Assembly (NCBI RefSeq): GCF_000143415.4
Contig: NW_003314332.1
Location: 923,447-987,446, forward strand
Reading direction: 5' to 3'
Source: Selaginella moellendorffii
Taxonomy: Eukaryota; Plantae; Lycopodiophyta
Length of the DNA: 64,000 nucleotides
The translations under genes and the position numbers were made by a program. This document shows, in pieces, positions 37,254 to 49,398 of the stretch. The first letter of the stretch is position 1. Each line of letters starts with the position of its first letter. The notes beneath the pieces are model-generated. The model was not told the origin of the DNA. It did no database searches and saw nothing but the letters and a program-made list of their open reading frames with translations.

Positions 37254-39820
37254 TTAAATCTCACCTTGAACCCGGGTTATGAATGCTCTTGCTGCATCTC
37301 TTGCATGGTCTGGCAAGGTGATGGTGGCACTCTGCTTCCGCATCCAACCATGCACAACATTATCCACCGATATGCTCATGCTGGGATCCCTTGGATTCAG
37401 CACCCATCTCTTTTCTAGGCAATCCTTCGTATATCCGGAACTTGGCTTGAACCACTCCACAGTTACATTGAAGGAGTTAGTTTCCGCGTCCTCCTCTGCA
37501 TCAGTGATGCAGTGCCCCACCCATATCATTTGTTTTTTATTACTGGGTCTGACAAGCACGACCATTCCTTTGCAGACTTGTACTGGATTGAATGCTGAAT
37601 CCGGCTTCTTGTTCCTCGGCCCACAATAGTGATCCTCAACATCGTTATCTGTCACTGCATTTCCAGAGGACATTGTTCCGCTACTATCTGGTGCTCTGGG
37701 TTCTGGCCAAAAGGACTCTTCCAATTCTTCATATACAACCGGCCCATTTTGGATAGCAGATATAATCTTCTCCCAGTATTCGAGCAAAGGCTTGCACCTC
37801 TGAAAATAGGATTCTCCACCAAACACCAACCCCCTCTTCCAGAAGGCAATATGCTGTCTAATCCCGGCCACTATACTTTCCTGGTCTTTGAGTCCATCCG
37901 GGTGCATCGGCCGTGGGGAACCCTGAGGAATCATAGGTTCCCCAGTTATGGGATCTCTCTTGAAGAGTTCAATGCCGTCCACTGGCAGCCACACTGTGTC
38001 CCATTCTCTCATCTTGTACCTCATCACTGGAGCACCGTCACGCATGCTGAAATGAAACTGAAGAGGCTTGGAGTGGCCAATCAGCGTTTCGGATCCGTCC
38101 CTGATGTAGCCTCTTACAAACCCCTTAAAGTCTGGAACCTCTGTCACAAGTGCAGCTTCAACAGTGCCTTTGATGCAATTTTGGAATTCATCGTAGAGTT
38201 GTGGGAGGGTGAGGACATTGGATCGCCGGAGGGACTCTGCCAGGTGACTGAACATGGCATCGACGTCTTCATGAGTGTGCCCAACCATGAGAAAGCCAAG
38301 TGTAACCGTTTCAAATATGCCTTTGGCAACAAGCATCGCCAAGTACGCGAAGACGTACATGTTTTTGTTCTCACTGCCAGCATTGTCTGTTTGGAGCAGA
38401 AGATGGGGTGGAAGGCCACATCGGCCGCAAGAACTTCCTTGAGATTCTGCTTCGTTTGGATGAGGCTGTGCATTCACCGGGCGACCAGCCTCGTCGGAAT
38501 GGCATGAGGCCTCACGTGATAACCCTACAATCTGACGGCCAACATATTCACTGGGATGGCATGGGGCCCCACGCGATACTGCAAGCCTTTGCTCCTCCTC
38601 CAACTGAACCCTGTATGGGGTTCGATCGACAAGGGCCTTATGCAAGGGTTGGCCGTTCAGCTCAGTCTGCGCACTTTGCAGAGACCTTAAGTGTTTTGCT
38701 AGGGACGCAATCATCATGTTTGCACCCCCGCCACCCCATAGAGGTACAAAGAAGTTCCCAAGAGGCGGGTTTTATGTGGTTGCTGCTCACTACATGTCTC
38801 GACAAACCTCTTGAAGATTGCCTCTCCATATACAACATGACCCCTGGTTTTGTGCGTACCGTCGTTCCCATGGACTGCCTGTTGAACCCTTTGTTCCTCG
38901 AACTCAGTTTTGATTCTGTAGAATGTGGTTCGAGGGACTCCATAAATGATTCTCCATGCCTTCATGCAGACCAAACCCCTCTGGAAGACCATGCCCCCCA
39001 CCTGATGTTCTGAAGCATCAACAGATGACCGTAATGCCTCATACACAAAATTGCGAGCTGCCTTCCAGGACAATGTCTTGTATCTTGCTCTCTCCTCTTC
39101 AATAGCATCCCAATCAGCATGTTGACAGCACCTCCTCTTGCAACAAGCAACTGTCGAGACCATTCGAACCTCCATCGCTATTTTCTGCCTTTTCGGTTCG
39201 TTGCTCAGATCCCTTTGGCTGTGCTGTAGGAAGGTGTACTTTCTTTTCCCATGAAGAGATGTTCTGTCATCAGTTGTAGTGGTGTTTGATTGTGAATCCT
39301 TCACATTCTCAAACACTAAATGCCTCAATTTCCACCGCACAATGCTTCCAATAGTCAGACTGTTTTCTTCTGTGTCAACAACCTCTAAAATTGCAACTCC
39401 AATATCATCCCAGCCCAATTCTTGATTAGCAACCGCATCTCTTGGATCGACAACTGTGGCTAAGCCCTCAGCTACCACCTTCCCCTCGGGGTTGTTTAGA
39501 AACACCTTTGCCTGAATCCATGTAGCACGGTTCTTAAGATCCACGGAGGGAACATGCGTCGCACTTGCGCTGTCCCCAACATCTGCTTTCTTTTGCAGAT
39601 TTTTCAAGGCAACAACAACATTTACCCCGACGACCATCTCTCCTCGTTCAATAGCGACCACATTCCCATCGAAGACAGTCTCTACTGATACAGCAGCATT
39701 GCCTTCCCCAAGCCTTTGACAGTGTATAACAAAGTTCCGATCCATAGACACAAGGGTCCCTTTTGCAACTCTCTTCCCACCATTCAAAATGTAAACCCTT
39801 TCCCCAACCCTGAAGGCCAT
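37254..39820 (-). pseudogene. Sola1-like (DUF7869-type) DDD transposase, split in two ORFs, probably internally deleted
   Basis: LQTDNAGSENKN and FLMVGHTHEDVDAMFS in 37254-38717; CCKRRCC, VCMKAWRIIYGV, HGN, QPHKTR in 38714-39820; frame break near 38760. Confidence 0.75.
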
Positions 39821-40177
39821 TCTGAAAGTGCAGAAAAGAAGTTAAGACCATACAAAAAATGATTGGAGAATGGCCTAAATCATAACATACCAAATAGCAT
39901 GAGGCCACATGCCATTATTCAAACATGCTATTGACACCCACGTGAAATTTCGCATTCACAAAATTGGCATGAGGCCTCATGCCATCTTGATATACACACA
40001 GCTGCAGGCAAGTAAAAACATACATGACAATACGCTAGCCATGAAATTGCAAGGGCCCAAGATGGCATGTGGCCTCATGCCATTTCTAAATGTGGTCCTA
40101 AACCATTCCATGGTGAACATACCAGGAAGCACAAGTGCCGAATATCAAGAGGAAGCGGTAGCCACACCAAAGACAGT

Positions 40178-40250
40178 GCCGCTCGCAACACCGCAACTAC
40201 TCGTAGCGCCGCTCGCAACACCGCAACTGCTCGTAGCGCCGCTCGCACAA
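40178..40250. repeat. 30-bp tandem repeat (~2.5 copies)
   Basis: GCCGCTCGCAACACCGCAACTRCTCGTAGC units. Confidence 0.8.
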
Positions 40251-40620
40251 ACTGCCACTCGCATAAACTGCCGCTCGCAATGGCGCTCGCAATGCCGCAA
40301 CCGCTTGTAGACGCATAAACCACAGCTCACAACGCCGCTTACACAAGCAGCGCTCACTGCGCTCAGCGGAACCAAGAACACGGCGCACAAAAATGATAGA
40401 CCTAGGAATGAGTTCGAGAATTCAAAAATAACACAAGCTTGAACGTCACATCAAATCCTTTGACAAACCAGATCTTATGATTCCTCTGACAAATTTCAAA
40501 CTGAGTAGCTTCTAGACTTTGCTGTCGGAGGTTGAACTTTGTCACATCATGTCCTTGCCTCGATCCAGCTGTGCTATGTCAGTGATTCGAACTTTGCCAT
40601 GCCATGTCAGCGATCCGCGC

Positions 40621-42470
40621 CAAGATTATTCGCCGTGTAAAGGAATAATTATGCTGTGTGTGTACGTCCATTTATGGCAATATAAGGCCACATGCCATTC
40701 AAAGAATAATGCTAGTCGAGCATCTTTTGGTGCATTTTTGGGTTCAAAATTGCATGAGCCCACACGCTATAAAGTTTATCTGTACCAAAAATAGAAACAG
40801 CTTTATTTACTTGGGAATTTATACGGCTGAGGCATTTTTAAACTTACAAACACATGCCCTACTTACATTCCTTTGGTTGCTTAAAATTCAAAAATATTAT
40901 AAACCTTTCTTTTTGCATTTTCAATGTTTTCAATTATGGTTTTTGATTTTCGCAGGACCAGCCTAGTAATCTATTTGCATCCCGTCATGTTTATAGCTAG
41001 CTTTCGTTTGTCCCCTTCGCTAGCCTGAGATACATCTGCTCGGCATCTGCCTCTTACAGCATTTGCCTAGAAAGGGCATCTTTCTTCACGCAGCATTTGC
41101 CACATGTTTAGGGTTTAGGGTTTAGGGTTTAGCAATTCAGTAGCTTGATAAACATGCAAATACAGAACTTGATGCAAAATCCTTGGATATGTCACAATGC
41201 CCCTAGGACCATAAACACATTTCAATAGAGAGGGTCCTTTCATTTCATAACTCCTTACGTAGATCTTGGTGAAACCAGAGTTAGTGAAGTTGGTTTCTTG
41301 TGATCCCGCATCTGATTGTGATGTCCCTTTGCAGTGTCGATGGAAAGGTCAATGCACACCAAACTGTAGAATCTTGGAGCAAAATAACGGTCGGATCTAT
41401 GGCAAATGCCCCTGAAACATTGTAAGGCTCGTGTGGTCTCATGTGGTGTCCGATCGAGATGCTTTTTTGTAGGGTCATCAAGAAAGACATTGTATACCAT
41501 TCTGTAAAATCTAGTTGCGATCTAACGGTTGGATCTCCAGGAAACTCAAAACAATCTCGCGCGTGTTAGAATATTCTAGGAATATACTCCTATGTGCTCC
41601 AAGATTATTCGCCGTGTAAAGGAATAATTATGCTGTGTCATTTATGGCAATATAAGGCCACACGCCATTCAAAGAATAATGCTAGTCGAGCATTTTTTGG
41701 TGCATTTTTGGGTTCAAAATTGCATGAGCCCACACGCTATAAAGTTTACCTGTACCAAAAATAGAAACAGCTTTATTTACTTGGGAATTTAAGTGGTTGA
41801 GGCATTTTTAAACTTACAAACACATGCCCTACTTACATTCCTTTGGTTGCTTACATTCCTTTGGTTGCTAGCTTTCGTTTGTCCCCTTCACTAGCCTGAG
41901 ATACATCTGCTCGGCATCTGCCTCTTACAGCATTTGCCCAGAAAGGGCATCTTTCTTCACGCAGCATTTGCCACATGTTTAGGGTTTAGGGTTTAGGGTT
42001 TAGCAATTCAGTAGCTTGATAAACATGCAAATACAGAACTTGATGCAAAATCCTTGGATATGTCACAATGCCCCTAGGACCATAAACACATTTCAATAGA
42101 GAGGGTCCTTTCATTTCATAACTCCTTACGTAGATCTTGGTGAAACCAGAGTTAGTGAAGTTGGTTTCTTGTGATCCCGCATCTGATTGTGATGTCCCTT
42201 TGCAGTGTCGATGGAAAGGTCAATGCACACCAAACTGTGGAATCTTGGAGCAAAATAACGGTCGGATCTATGGCAAATGCCCCTGAAACATTGTAAGGCT
42301 CGTGTGGTCTCATGTGGTGTCCGATCGAGATGCTTCTTTGCAAGGTCATCAAGAAAGACATTGTATACCATTCTGTAAAATCTAGATGCGATCTAACGGT
42401 TGGATCTCCAGGAAACTCAAAACAATCTCGCGCGTGTCAGAATATTCTAGGAATATACTCCTATGTGCTC
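40621..42470. repeat. Tandem duplication of a ~0.9-kb unit (40621-41599, 41600-42470), each with (TTTAGGG)3
   Basis: Both units begin CAAGATTATTCGCCGTGTAAAGG; duplicated ORFs 41255-41500 / 42126-42371; telomere motifs at 41108-41132 and 41978-42003. Confidence 0.9.
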
Positions 42471-42898
42471 CTGAAAATGGCATGCGGCCCCACGCCATTC
42501 AAGAGATAACGCCAGATGACGCCGAGCATTTTTTGGTGCATTTTTTGGGATCAAAATTGCATGAGCCCACATGCTTGAATGTCATCCTCTGACAATTTAT
42601 TTAGCTGAACATCTGGCATTTTTGGAAATACAAGATGCTTTGGAATATCCAATCATGCATGGTATAAATATAGCGAGGGTATTAAATGATATCCCAATCA
42701 TGATCTTTCTTTTGGATTTCGCATGCATGCAGTCCGAGGAATGATGACGTTGCGGATTTCTTTTGGATTTCACACATGCGCGCGCCGATCCAGAAATTAA
42801 TGGTGGCGCCCAAGTCCGAGAAATGATGACGTGGCGGGATTACCAACCGTTGTGACATTTCGCGCGTGTGAGGTTAGGTTTTGCATTTTGCTTCGTAC

Positions 42899-43125
42899 TC
42901 GCGCTCGCACACTCGCGCTCGCATCGCGCTCCCACTCGCGCTCGCATCGCCCTCCCACTCGCGCTCGCATCGCGCTCCCACTCGCGCTCGCATCGCGCTC
43001 CCACTCGCGCTCGCATCGCGCTCCCACTCGCGCTCCCACTTCTCTACAGGTTTCTCGTGTGCATCGGCGTCCACTCGCGCTTGCATCACACTCGCGCTCG
43101 CATCGCGCTCGCATCGCGCTCGTGT
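42899..43125. repeat. CpG-rich 23-bp minisatellite
   Basis: CACTCGCGCTCGCATCGCGCTCC x ~5.5 plus degenerate copies. Confidence 0.9.
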
Positions 43126-43341
43126 GCATCGGCGTCCACTTCAAGACACACCCAGTTTGTAACTTCGCCGCCAACTCCGCCGCCCACTCCGCCACCCACA
43201 CGCAGCCCACTTGGCGTCCCGGGAGATTTCAGCGCCACTCTCCAACTGTAAGTGGCAGAGTAGCCTTGCTGCTACGATTCGCTGCACACACAGTGCACAT
43301 TCGCCAGCGAGTCCGGTTGTCACGCCTCCATTCGGCTTCAA

Positions 43342-46157
43342 ATGGTAAGTCTTTTAGGCCAAGTAGAAAATGGCATGAGGCCACATGCCATTCAGTAGCA
43401 ACATTGGCATGCACCGATTGGGCTCTCGAGTGCAGTCCGGTTACAGATGGCGTGTAGCCTCACGCCATCTTAGGATGCAGCCTCAAGACATCTGATGCAG
43501 TGGTGAATGGCGTGTGGCCTCACGTTATTTCCAGCTGCTAGCTTTTCTTCTGTCAGCTCTAATTGTTGTGCATTTCTGAACAGGCGAGGAATTGCGTTCT
43601 TCTTCCAGCCACTGTCAATGTGGATGCAGAGAAGGGGGAGGAGCTCACCAATTGGACTTTCGGGATGGAAGGCAAGGATCTGAGGCTGTACAACACAGAT
43701 GGTGGGAGAAAAGAATGCATGGGGATCCTCATCCAAGTGACAGACACTCCATGCAGTTCCATGCAAGAATATGGACTGGCACTTGTGGTAGAGACAGCGT
43801 CTGCCTTCAAGATCCACCTTGCACATCCTAGCGGCTTCCCGGAGGGGGGCAGCGGCTATGAGGAATTCCTAGAGGGAGCTAGGGAGAGGTTGTCCAGGAG
43901 GCCCACAATTTCAAAGACGCTGCGGGTCTATGAAGATCACATGGAATCCACGGACCTCACCTACGGCGATGTTCAAAAACTATATTCCAACATTGAGCCG
44001 TTGAGAGTGACTCCAGTTCGCGAAGCAAAGGGGAAGGGGGTCGATCTGGAAACTACCTCGAAGCAGAAAAGGGTGGTCAAGCTCAAGCCGACGTCCGACT
44101 CTCCTGCTCCAAAAAAGAAGCTACTCAGTGATGCCATTGCCTCGGGTTCGAACACTACACCCACCAAAAAGAAGAGCCGCAAAGAGCAGAAAGAGCAAGA
44201 AGAGGCAGCAAAAATCGTCGCAGATAATAGTACTTGTTACTATTCCAACAAAGTATATACAATCGACGTGAGCCGTATCGACATCCAAAGCAAATACAAC
44301 CACAGGCTAGTATCTGATGAGTGGGTGGAGAAATTGAAGCAGAAGATGCTGGCAAGTCCAGTAACACCCGACATCACAGACGTGATCCCCTACTACCAAA
44401 AAATGAAGGGCGAGATGAGGTTTCCAGACTTGATCAATAGGAAGGTGTTGGACGATCAGAACATCCGGTTCTATGCCGTCTCCGGGCAGCATTCTAGCTT
44501 GGCGATGCAAGAGATAGTTGTGGATATTATGGTGGGCGAGGAGGTGAAGAAAGTCTTCAAGACAAGAGTTGTCCGCCTGATAAAAGGCAACTCGCCCCTC
44601 CGATCTATCATATACATCTCCCACGCGCAGAATGTCAAGCAAGAAACGTGCTACAAATCGGGTCTGCACGAGACATTGGCACGAACACGGAAGCTCTGGG
44701 TTCAACTGAAGAAGCCACAAAAACCAGGACAAGGACGTGCACTAGCAACTAGCGCCTGGCAGGTAAGCCTCGTTGTATGTGGCATAGCATGTGGCCTCAC
44801 GCCATTTCCATTGCAGGAATTCTCGAGTCTTCTCTCGAAAACACTGGGGGTCAATGACACACTCAGCATCCATAACATTCTACTCGCGACAAAAGTTGTT
44901 TTTGACAAATGGGTAGATGTGCTGAGGAGGTACCATGACGGGGAGTTGCCAAACTCAATGGGTGTGGAGGACGGCCGGAAGCCCAATGATTTGAAGCTCA
45001 ACGCCTTGCGTTTCTCGCGGTCTCTAGACGACGACGACCTTCTGACAGTGGCTAATGCTCTTCTACGTGGTGAGGTTGTCTTCAACAAGACCAAAATGAC
45101 TCCCGGCCATATTGTGACATACGAGGACTTGTGCACGACTCTGAGAGCTCGTGCGCTATTGAAGGATTGGATCTTCGAGCAAGTGGCCGTGGAGAGGGTG
45201 AGCATCGACACCACGCAAGAGATGATGGAAGCGCTGGAGTTGTCAAATGAAGACATCGACGAGTACGTGAAGGGGGCCCCCAAGTTCATCGATCTGCTGC
45301 GGGATGCCACGAAAAGTAAAGCTGAGAAGTTGGATCAGTATCCAAATTTCATTAAGATTGATGTCGACCGCCGGCTTCAGAAACAGCTCGACCCCGCAGC
45401 AGAGGCCTATCGAGAACCTTACCGGGTATACTTGAATTCGGATGAGGATCAAAGGTGGAGGAGCATCGTTTCCCGCGGAGATGAGCAGGTCAAGAACATC
45501 TTTTGTGTGATGGACTTCACAAACGAGGAGATCACTCATGCAGATGAAGTCAGCTCCATCATTGACTTAATGGTGGGACTTGCGGAGGTGGAATCTTCAG
45601 TCCACTATATGATCTACGACTCCGAATCCTATCACAAGTTCTGAAAGGCCTTGAACGAGGTGAAGGCTCGGTTGAAAGGCAAGGAGATGCGGGAGATCCA
45701 TGGGATAATGGCTAAGAAGAAGATACCGACGAATGTCCGCATCTTCACACTCGCCCTTGTTATTGGTCCTGCAGCAGAGTGGGACTGGAGTGACTTCCCA
45801 GCTTCGTTCGACAAGGCCAATCGAATTGATCTAAGGGAGGTCAATTTACCCGTGCCTGAGGAACTGAAGACGGCTATGGAGCTTTCCAATCCAAAGAAAG
45901 CTCCAGGTGCAGCATGGGAAATGCTCAGCTGGGTCTTCAACGCAATAGCGGGTGGGTCACCTGCTTCCGACTCCAAGGGCAAATGCGTTGTCGAGTACAA
46001 CTGCGGCGGACTATTCTTTCGAGCCGCACTACTCAAGGGTGTCCCGTGTGTTGCGGTGACAAACTCCATTGAAGAGGTGACTTCAATGGAGCATATAATT
46101 ACAGTTGCCAAAGAAAAACAGTATCTTCTCTGCGAACCTGGTGAGTACGCACTTTAA
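43342..46157 (+). CDS. Transposon accessory gene: ParB/Srx-like domain plus degenerate amino-methyltransferase-like C-terminus; one in-frame stop at 45642-45644; probably continues through small exons to ~48950
   Basis: ATG 43342, intron 43345-43583, then in-frame ARNC. IDVSRI..NHRLVSDEWVEKLKQKM...FYAVSGQHSSLA resembles the ParB N-domain. PKKAP..KCVVEYNCGGLFFRAALLKGVPCVAV resembles beta-class MTase motifs X/I. ORFs 43563-45644 and 45651-46157 share a frame. Confidence 0.55.
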
Positions 46158-46645
46158 GTTTAAATGTTATCTCACAAGCTCTGTATGCAGGAGCGTGGCC
46201 ACCCCCAGATGCTGAAACGGCGTTAACAGCTACTGTTGAAGATACCCATGTTGGGCCGAGCTCACAACCTGCACAAGGTAAGGTCATGTGAGGCCTCACG
46301 CCATTTTGATTATAGATCGTTGTGAATATTCAGACACGAGGACTGAAAAGCGCACTGGTGGCGCATCGAAGAAGGACAAACAGAAAAGCAATAGGAAAAA
46401 AGGAGGTACAAATTATATTTGCAATGGCGTGTGGTCTCATGCCATTCCTTGCAGGAGAAACTTCTTCAAAGGCAAAACAGGCAAGCACCAGCCAAGCTCA
46501 AACTGACAGTGGTCATAAAAAGTGAAAGCACGTTGGATAGTCGTCGAGATCAGAGGCGTTTGATTCGAAAAGGAAGAAGGGCAACAAAAAGATGATAGGT
46601 AATGCCTCGCGGTTATGGCGTGTGTGCTCATGCCATTCATTGCAG

Positions 46646-47185
46646 ATCAAGGGCTGAGTGAAAGCAGGCAGTCACCACCTCATGACTCAGATTCCTATGG
46701 CGGACTCCCCTTCCCCAATCTCAATGGAGAGGTACAATGGATGAGGGAAGCTTTTCAAGGCAGGGCCATGTTTTTCTCATCTCATCGTCTTCGAAGGGTG
46801 CAAGAACGTGCAGAAACCATGTTAAGACAGTCGGGTGAGGATACGGTCCTAGGTCACGCACTAAAACAGGCTATGGATGTCTTGTATTTTGAGATGGAGA
46901 CTCGGCCAGATGATTTTCCCAAGATGGTCCTGGAAGAACAAGCCATCCAGCCTGAGCAGCCTATGGAAGAAATGCAGGAGGGGGATGAGGAGCCAGAGAA
47001 AGATAATGAGCAGGAAGAGCAGAAGGACAAAGAGGAGGACAAAGAAGAGGAGGACGAAGAAGAGGAGGACGAAGAGGACTTGGATGGTCCTCACAATGGT
47101 GACGATCACAATAACGACGACGACGATGGCCAGCCTGAGGTGGCCAAAGAGCGGCGGAGGAAGGTCATACAAGACAAACCATCAG
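46646..47185 (+). CDS. Acidic (E/D-rich) exon of the accessory gene
   Basis: ORF 46615-47193 with EEDKEEEDEEEEDEED; flanked by TTGCAG acceptor and GTAAAT donor. Confidence 0.5.
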
Positions 47186-48067
47186 GTAAATAATAATACA
47201 TCCATTCCTAACCTTTTACCATTTCTAACATTGTCCATGTAGGTCGCAGAGCAAATGGTAAGTAGAGATTATTCAGTTGAATTTACAAACTCTAGCCTTT
47301 AGTGTCGAGGAAGGATAGTGCCAAGCAAGGGTCGAAACGTATGTCCAATCCTTCAGAATCAGCAGTGCGCTCAAGTGATATCGGTCCTAGTTCCTCAATA
47401 GCAGTTGATGGTAAATACAGTATAGTCGATTCAATGTGCTAATGAGTTTGTTTTTAGTAGCACGGGAGGATACCATCTCAATCGAAGGGAGATATTTGGA
47501 CATGCATATGGATCCGCCAGTGGACTCTACTTGGCTGCAAGAGTCATCAGAGCTGGTGGAGGCTACTATCCATATCAACGCCAAGCAAGCTGACCACGCT
47601 CCACTTGATGCTGCCCATACCACTGAGTCAATCTTGTCCACGTATCCAACTGACGGTGACCAGGCGCCATTGGACCCACATGAGGCCGCCCCAGCCGCCG
47701 AGCCGGTCGTATCCTCATTTCCAACGGACTCAACGTGTGCCCAATCGTCTGACTATGCGCCGTTGGAACCTCCCTACACCGCCCCTGCTGCCTGTTCGGT
47801 CATGTCCACTTTGCCAACGGAGGCACCAGCTGAAATGGCGTGTGATCACACGCCATCGGAACCACCCCATGCCACTGTTGAGCCAGTTGTACCAGAGTCT
47901 ACAGCTGAAATGGCATGTGCCCACACGCCATCGGATGCGATTGACCCCACATTGCAGAGGAGAGTATTTCCGCCCTTCACGTTTCCTCGACCAAAACCCT
48001 CTCAACGACCATCGGGAGCAACATTCGCTAATATTGTAGATGGTAAAATTGACTTGTACCATTTTTT

Positions 48068-48952
48068 ATGCTGACGCATTTCATTTCAGAGTCACGGCGA
48101 AGGTACTGTATCGTTTTTGATCTGAACGGTGTCCTTTTCTCCCATGAGCGTGGCTCGTCCTCGAATGTCATTGCACCCTCCAAAGCCTGCGGTCGCAAGT
48201 TGGTCAAAAGAGACAGATTCACATTAATCACACGGGAGAAACTGCGGGATCTAATAATGACCATGCGACACTTAAAACAGAGGGCCGGGTTCAATTTGCA
48301 ATTGGGAGTTTGGACATCCATGATGCGCCACAATGCATTAACGTTGCTACAGATGATGTACGATCAGACGCGAGTAATATTACCATTTGACTTTCTCCTA
48401 ACGCAGGAGGATTGCTTGACTATGGTCCATGTGAGGGGTAGCAAGCCCATCTTCGTCAAGCCAGAGGCTGTAGTGATGAACCGGACTGCTAGCTCAAGTG
48501 AAATCCTCATTATCGATGACTCGCCGATTAAAACTGCAGCGAACACGCACACATATGCAGTGCACCCCATCTCTTGCAGTATGGAAACTAGGGAGAAGAA
48601 ACCGTATGTTCTGGGGGACCTTGCAAAATGGCTTGGAGCGATGGTGATAGAAAACCGACCAGTCCAGGAGGTGGCTGCAGAAATCAACCAAATGGCAGAT
48701 GGAACGGTATATCAGAAGCCATTTGATCGGACAGACACCAGTCATCATTTATGGCATGTATATTGTCTAGCCAAGCACTATCCGCATCTCCATAATCTGC
48801 TCAACCGGATGGGTTCTTCGACCACTGAACATGAGCGTGGACGTATTAGAGAAGAGATGGCATTACTATTGGGTTTAAATCCTGATAGTGTGGAGAGTGA
48901 TGAAATTCCAAGATTATTGTATAGGCGTTGGAGGCAAAAAATAACAGTCTGA
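48068..48952 (+). CDS. FCP1/NIF-type HAD-superfamily phosphatase-like ORF (terminal exon or separate gene)
   Basis: IVFDLNGVL (motif I, DxN variant), LGVWTS (motif II), PIFVK (motif III), ILIIDDSPIK (motif IV). Confidence 0.75.
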   Translation: MLTHFISESRRRYCIVFDLNGVLFSHERGSSSNVIAPSKACGRKLVKRDRFTLITREKLRDLIMTMRHLKQRAGFNLQLGVWTSMMRHNALTLLQMMYDQTRVILPFDFLLTQEDCLTMVHVRGSKPIFVKPEAVVMNRTASSSEILIIDDSPIKTAANTHTYAVHPISCSMETREKKPYVLGDLAKWLGAMVIENRPVQEVAAEINQMADGTVYQKPFDRTDTSHHLWHVYCLAKHYPHLHNLLNRMGSSTTEHERGRIREEMALLLGLNPDSVESDEIPRLLYRRWRQKITV

Positions 48953-49398
48953 GATGGCATGTATTTATTTAAAAATGTAACTTATTATGGCATGGGGTTC
49001 CATGCCATTGTATTAATATTAAAAGACAATTCTTTGAGAGGATTTGCATTATACTAGAAGTGTTACAGCATGTTATTGGAAGTCTACGAAGTTGTTTTAT
49101 TAATAATGGGAAAGTAAATATTGAATGGGGACTTGGGCTCCACCTAGACTCGGAGCAACTGAGCCAATATTAAAAGGATGGAAAGAAATTGGACGACGAT
49201 GACAAGGAGAAGAGAGAGGTGAAGCAGTGGCAGGGGGAGGAGAAGTGATTGAGTAGACATTTCCTTGTTTAAAATAAAATGGCATGTGCCTCAATGCAGT
49301 TGAATTTTGTTATATTTATATACTATATAAAGGTTTGGAAACCTTATTTTACAAGTGGGATAATGACAATTCCCACTTTAACGAAATAGAGCTTAAGC

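Larger units (their letters stand above)
36565..49394. mobile_element. 12,830-bp cut-and-paste DNA transposon, Sola-like (24-bp TIRs, 4-bp TSD AAGC)
   Basis: TIR AAGCTCTATTTCGTTAAAGTGGGA at 36565-36588 and its perfect reverse complement at 49371-49394; AAGC at 36561-36564 and 49395-49398; internal transposase. Confidence 0.92.

Noticed and set aside
42797-43457. Arg/Ala/Ser-rich ORFs
   Set aside because: Translations of the 23-bp minisatellite
36791-49300. Palindrome series as a CRISPR array
   Set aside because: Irregular spacing from tens of bp to kb, eukaryotic context, no cas genes
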